Positions 42,274 to 44,641 of a stretch of 44,641 nucleotides of DNA are shown piece after piece. Location of the stretch: the IMG/VR virus record IMGVR_UViG_3300017651_000190, positions 1-44,641 of that record; one strand, given 5' to 3'. The DNA is from a virus (lineage: Duplodnaviria > Caudoviricetes). Each line of letters starts with the position of its first letter. Position 1 is the first letter of the stretch. The translations under genes and the position numbers were made by a program. The notes below the pieces were generated by a model that was not told the DNA's origin, did not search any database, and saw only the letters and a program-made list of their open reading frames with translations.

Positions 42274-42914
42274 GCGACCTCCCCATCCTGTTTTCCGCAC
42301 CGATGGTCCGCGCCATCCTGCGCGAGATCGAGCGGCCCGGAACCGGCAAGACGCAGACGCGGCGGGTGGCGGGCGAAGCGATACCGGGCATGCACCTTGA
42401 CCGGGTTGGGCCAACTGGCTGGCAGTTCACAGGCGAAGGTGGCTCGCCGCGTATTCCGTATCGGCCGAAGCATGCAATCGGCGACCGCCTCTATGTACGC
42501 GAGGCGTGGCATGCGGCCAGAAGTCTCAACAGCACGAGCCCGAGAGACATACCGCGTGACGCTGATATCGAGCACGCTGCTACGGCTCGTAGCTATGCCG
42601 AGATCGGTCTGAAAGGGAAACTGCGCCCCGCGATGTTCCTTCCCCGCTGGGCCAGCCGCATCACCTTGATCGTCACCGATGTCCGCGTGCAGCGGTTGCA
42701 GGAGATCGATGAGGTCGACGCGCTCGCAGAGGGCGTTCGCGAGGGCTACGGAGATCCTGCCTATGAATGGGAGGCTCTGTCCTATCGCCGCAGGTTCAAT
42801 CTGCTCTGGGACCACCTCAATGCCGCTCGCGGCTATGGCTGGGACGCGAACCCGTGGGTTGCCGCCTACACCTTCCGGCCGATCCTCGGGAACATCGATC
42901 AGGTGGCGCCATGA
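42270..42914 (+). CDS. ASCH/PUA-like phage protein
   Basis: PILFSAPMVRAIL...KTQTRR, GDRLYVREAW, P..F.PRWASRITL..T.VRVQRLQ.I, W..NPWV. Confidence 0.85.
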   Translation: MSDLPILFSAPMVRAILREIERPGTGKTQTRRVAGEAIPGMHLDRVGPTGWQFTGEGGSPRIPYRPKHAIGDRLYVREAWHAARSLNSTSPRDIPRDADIEHAATARSYAEIGLKGKLRPAMFLPRWASRITLIVTDVRVQRLQEIDEVDALAEGVREGYGDPAYEWEALSYRRRFNLLWDHLNAARGYGWDANPWVAAYTFRPILGNIDQVAP

Positions 42915-43192
42915 CCATCGCCCGCCCCGATGGCCGCAACCAGGTCTGCTGCGACACCTGCCCCGCCAGTTACCCGAACACATATCTTGACGAGGGCTGG
43001 AGCGTCATGATCGCCGACGCGAGGGCGGCAGGCTGGATCATCCGCAAGACTGCACCAAAGCGCGATGCCGGCGACACGTCCGACCTCTTCGGCCGCCCGC
43101 TGCGCGTGGCGGGCCAGTCTGCGCACGAGGAGCCGTTCACGCACACCTGCCCGGCCTGCGCCCGGCCGGACAAAGGCGAGAGGCTGCTGTGA
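42911..43192 (+). CDS. Small Zn-ribbon hypothetical protein
   Basis: CCDTC...GW...HTCPAC; ATGA overlap. Confidence 0.7.
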   Translation: MTIARPDGRNQVCCDTCPASYPNTYLDEGWSVMIADARAAGWIIRKTAPKRDAGDTSDLFGRPLRVAGQSAHEEPFTHTCPACARPDKGERLL

Positions 43193-43479
43193 TGCCGTCG
43201 CCGCCCAGTCAGCGTGCGCCCGGCCGCCCGAACCTTTCGCGGCCAATCCCGCGCTTCGCACTAAATGAGACAGAGCTGGCTATTGCGCTCGGCGTCGGCG
43301 TATCGACGGTGCGCGACATGGTCGAGGCTGGCAGGCTCCCCCGGCCAAAGCTATGGGGCCGGCGCAGGCTCTACCTTGTAACCGAAATTGACGCGGCGCT
43401 TCTGGAATGGCCTACTGACGGCGAGGAAGACGGGTCTCAGGGCGCAACCGACGATGATCGCTGGAGCGCGCAGGCCTGA
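43192..43479 (+). CDS. xis: Excisionase / AlpA-like HTH protein
   Basis: LNETELA.ALGV..STV..MV..G.LP.P...G.RRLY; directly upstream of the integrase. Confidence 0.8.
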   Translation: MPSPPSQRAPGRPNLSRPIPRFALNETELAIALGVGVSTVRDMVEAGRLPRPKLWGRRRLYLVTEIDAALLEWPTDGEEDGSQGATDDDRWSAQA

Positions 43480-43480
43480 C

Positions 43481-44641
43481 ATGGATGACGAGAGCCTCGC
43501 ATTGGCGTCGATCGACCTGCCCTATATCGAGCGCAACAAGAGCCGCCACGGTCGGTACAGGTATTATTTTCGTTACGAAGGCCAGCGGCTCGCCCGTCTG
43601 CCGGACAATCCCGAGGAAGAAGCCTTCTCGCTGGAATACTGGAAGATCAGGCGACGCGTAGAGGTCGGCGAGGCCATGCCGCCGATGTCGGCGACGACGA
43701 CGCTGCCGCGCCACCCCAAGCCGAACACATTTCACTGGCTGGCTTTCCGTTATCTGGCCTCCGATGCGTTCAGGCAACTCGACGGGACTACGCGAGCCAA
43801 GCGCCGCGCCATCATCGATTCGATGCTGCTCGAACCGGTCAAGCCAGCCAGCGCGGACATCTTTGCCGACATGCCGCTGCGAGCCCTCACTGTTGAGAAC
43901 ATCCAGGTCTTGCGCGATCGGAAAGCGCTCACGCCATTTGCGGCAGACGAGCGCCTGAAGATCCTGCGCCGGATGCTCGACACGACCGAGCCGGGACGTG
44001 AAGGCCTGCCTACCCCGATCATGCGCACCAATTTTGCGCGGCTGGTGACGCCCTTCCGCAAGAAGACGGACGGCTTCCATACGATCACGGCCGACGAGGT
44101 GGCGCAGTACATCAAACACCATGGCGAGCGCTCGAAAGCGGTGCTGGCGATCGTCCTGCTGATGTTCACAGGCATGCGCGTGTCCGACCTTCAGGCGGTT
44201 GGACCGCAGCATCGCCGGGGGGATACCCTTCACTTCCGCGTCTTTAAGGGCCGGAACCGCAACCCGGTGGTTCTGGACATTCCGATCCACCCCATCCTCG
44301 CCACCGTCCTGGCCTGGCATCCCGTCTCCGGGATGGCCTACATGTTGACCGAGCACGGCAAGCGCTACTCGATCAAGGGGCTGTCGCAACGCGTGTCCGC
44401 ATGGTTCGATCAGGCCGGCCTGCCGCATTGTTCTGCCCACACGGTCCGCAAAGGCCTCGCTACCCTTCTCGCAGAGAACGAGGCGACCGATTCGATGCTT
44501 GATGGCCTCTTCGGCTGGAAGGACGGCAAGACATCGAAGATCTACACTGCCCGCAAGCAGCAGGCGAAACTCGCCCGCCAGGCTGTCAGCCGCATCGAGT
44601 GGGAAAAGGTATGGCAGATCGATATCAAAGACGCCGGATAA
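43481..44641 (+). CDS. int: Tyrosine recombinase / phage integrase
   Basis: TGMRVSD (R), HTVRK (HxxR), FGW, IYT catalytic Tyr; N-terminal arm-binding RYYFR. Confidence 0.95.
   Translation: MDDESLALASIDLPYIERNKSRHGRYRYYFRYEGQRLARLPDNPEEEAFSLEYWKIRRRVEVGEAMPPMSATTTLPRHPKPNTFHWLAFRYLASDAFRQLDGTTRAKRRAIIDSMLLEPVKPASADIFADMPLRALTVENIQVLRDRKALTPFAADERLKILRRMLDTTEPGREGLPTPIMRTNFARLVTPFRKKTDGFHTITADEVAQYIKHHGERSKAVLAIVLLMFTGMRVSDLQAVGPQHRRGDTLHFRVFKGRNRNPVVLDIPIHPILATVLAWHPVSGMAYMLTEHGKRYSIKGLSQRVSAWFDQAGLPHCSAHTVRKGLATLLAENEATDSMLDGLFGWKDGKTSKIYTARKQQAKLARQAVSRIEWEKVWQIDIKDAG

Larger units (their letters stand above)
1..44641. mobile_element. Temperate siphovirus-like prophage, apparently complete (att sites not visible)
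   Basis: Full modular set in lambdoid order: integrase/xis, cI/cro, replication, antiterminator, HNH-terS-terL-portal-protease-capsid, tail, lysis. Confidence 0.97.

Noticed and set aside
1-44641. attL/attR direct repeats, tRNA or rRNA genes
   Set aside because: The window starts and ends at stop codons of terminal genes; no terminal direct repeat or tRNA cloverleaf was recognised by eye, so flanking sequence and tRNAscan are needed

Overview
The window is an apparently complete, high-GC temperate siphovirus-type prophage (HK97-like head, lambda-like non-contractile tail) of an alphaproteobacterium, probably Rhizobiales-like. The host is inferred from GC content, an alpha-type GTTC-N7-GTTC SOS box and the gene families. 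From right to left it contains: tyrosine integrase and excisionase; a + strand early operon (HD hydrolase, Gp37/Gp68 radical-SAM-like protein, ASCH-like protein); an amber-interrupted HIRAN-like gene; a cI/cro switch with five 16-bp operators; a CII-like gene; three DNA methyltransferases plus a Mom-like GNAT protein; a replication initiator with internal iterons; a NusG-type antiterminator; HNH, cos region and terminases; head and tail genes (a -1 frameshifted tail chaperone and a CBM-containing Dit); a lysis cassette; and a terminal accessory module with a LexA box and a SRAP gene. The most notable points are: (i) a LexA-controlled leaderless Zn-finger gene together with a CI that has Ala-Ser instead of the Ala-Gly autocleavage site, suggesting an alternative induction circuit; (ii) a four-enzyme DNA-modification cluster; (iii) RNA-level control elements (pseudoknot, non-canonical frameshift, NusG leader). 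All protein calls come from motif recognition and synteny, and no database searches were run. The att sites lie outside the window or could not be seen.
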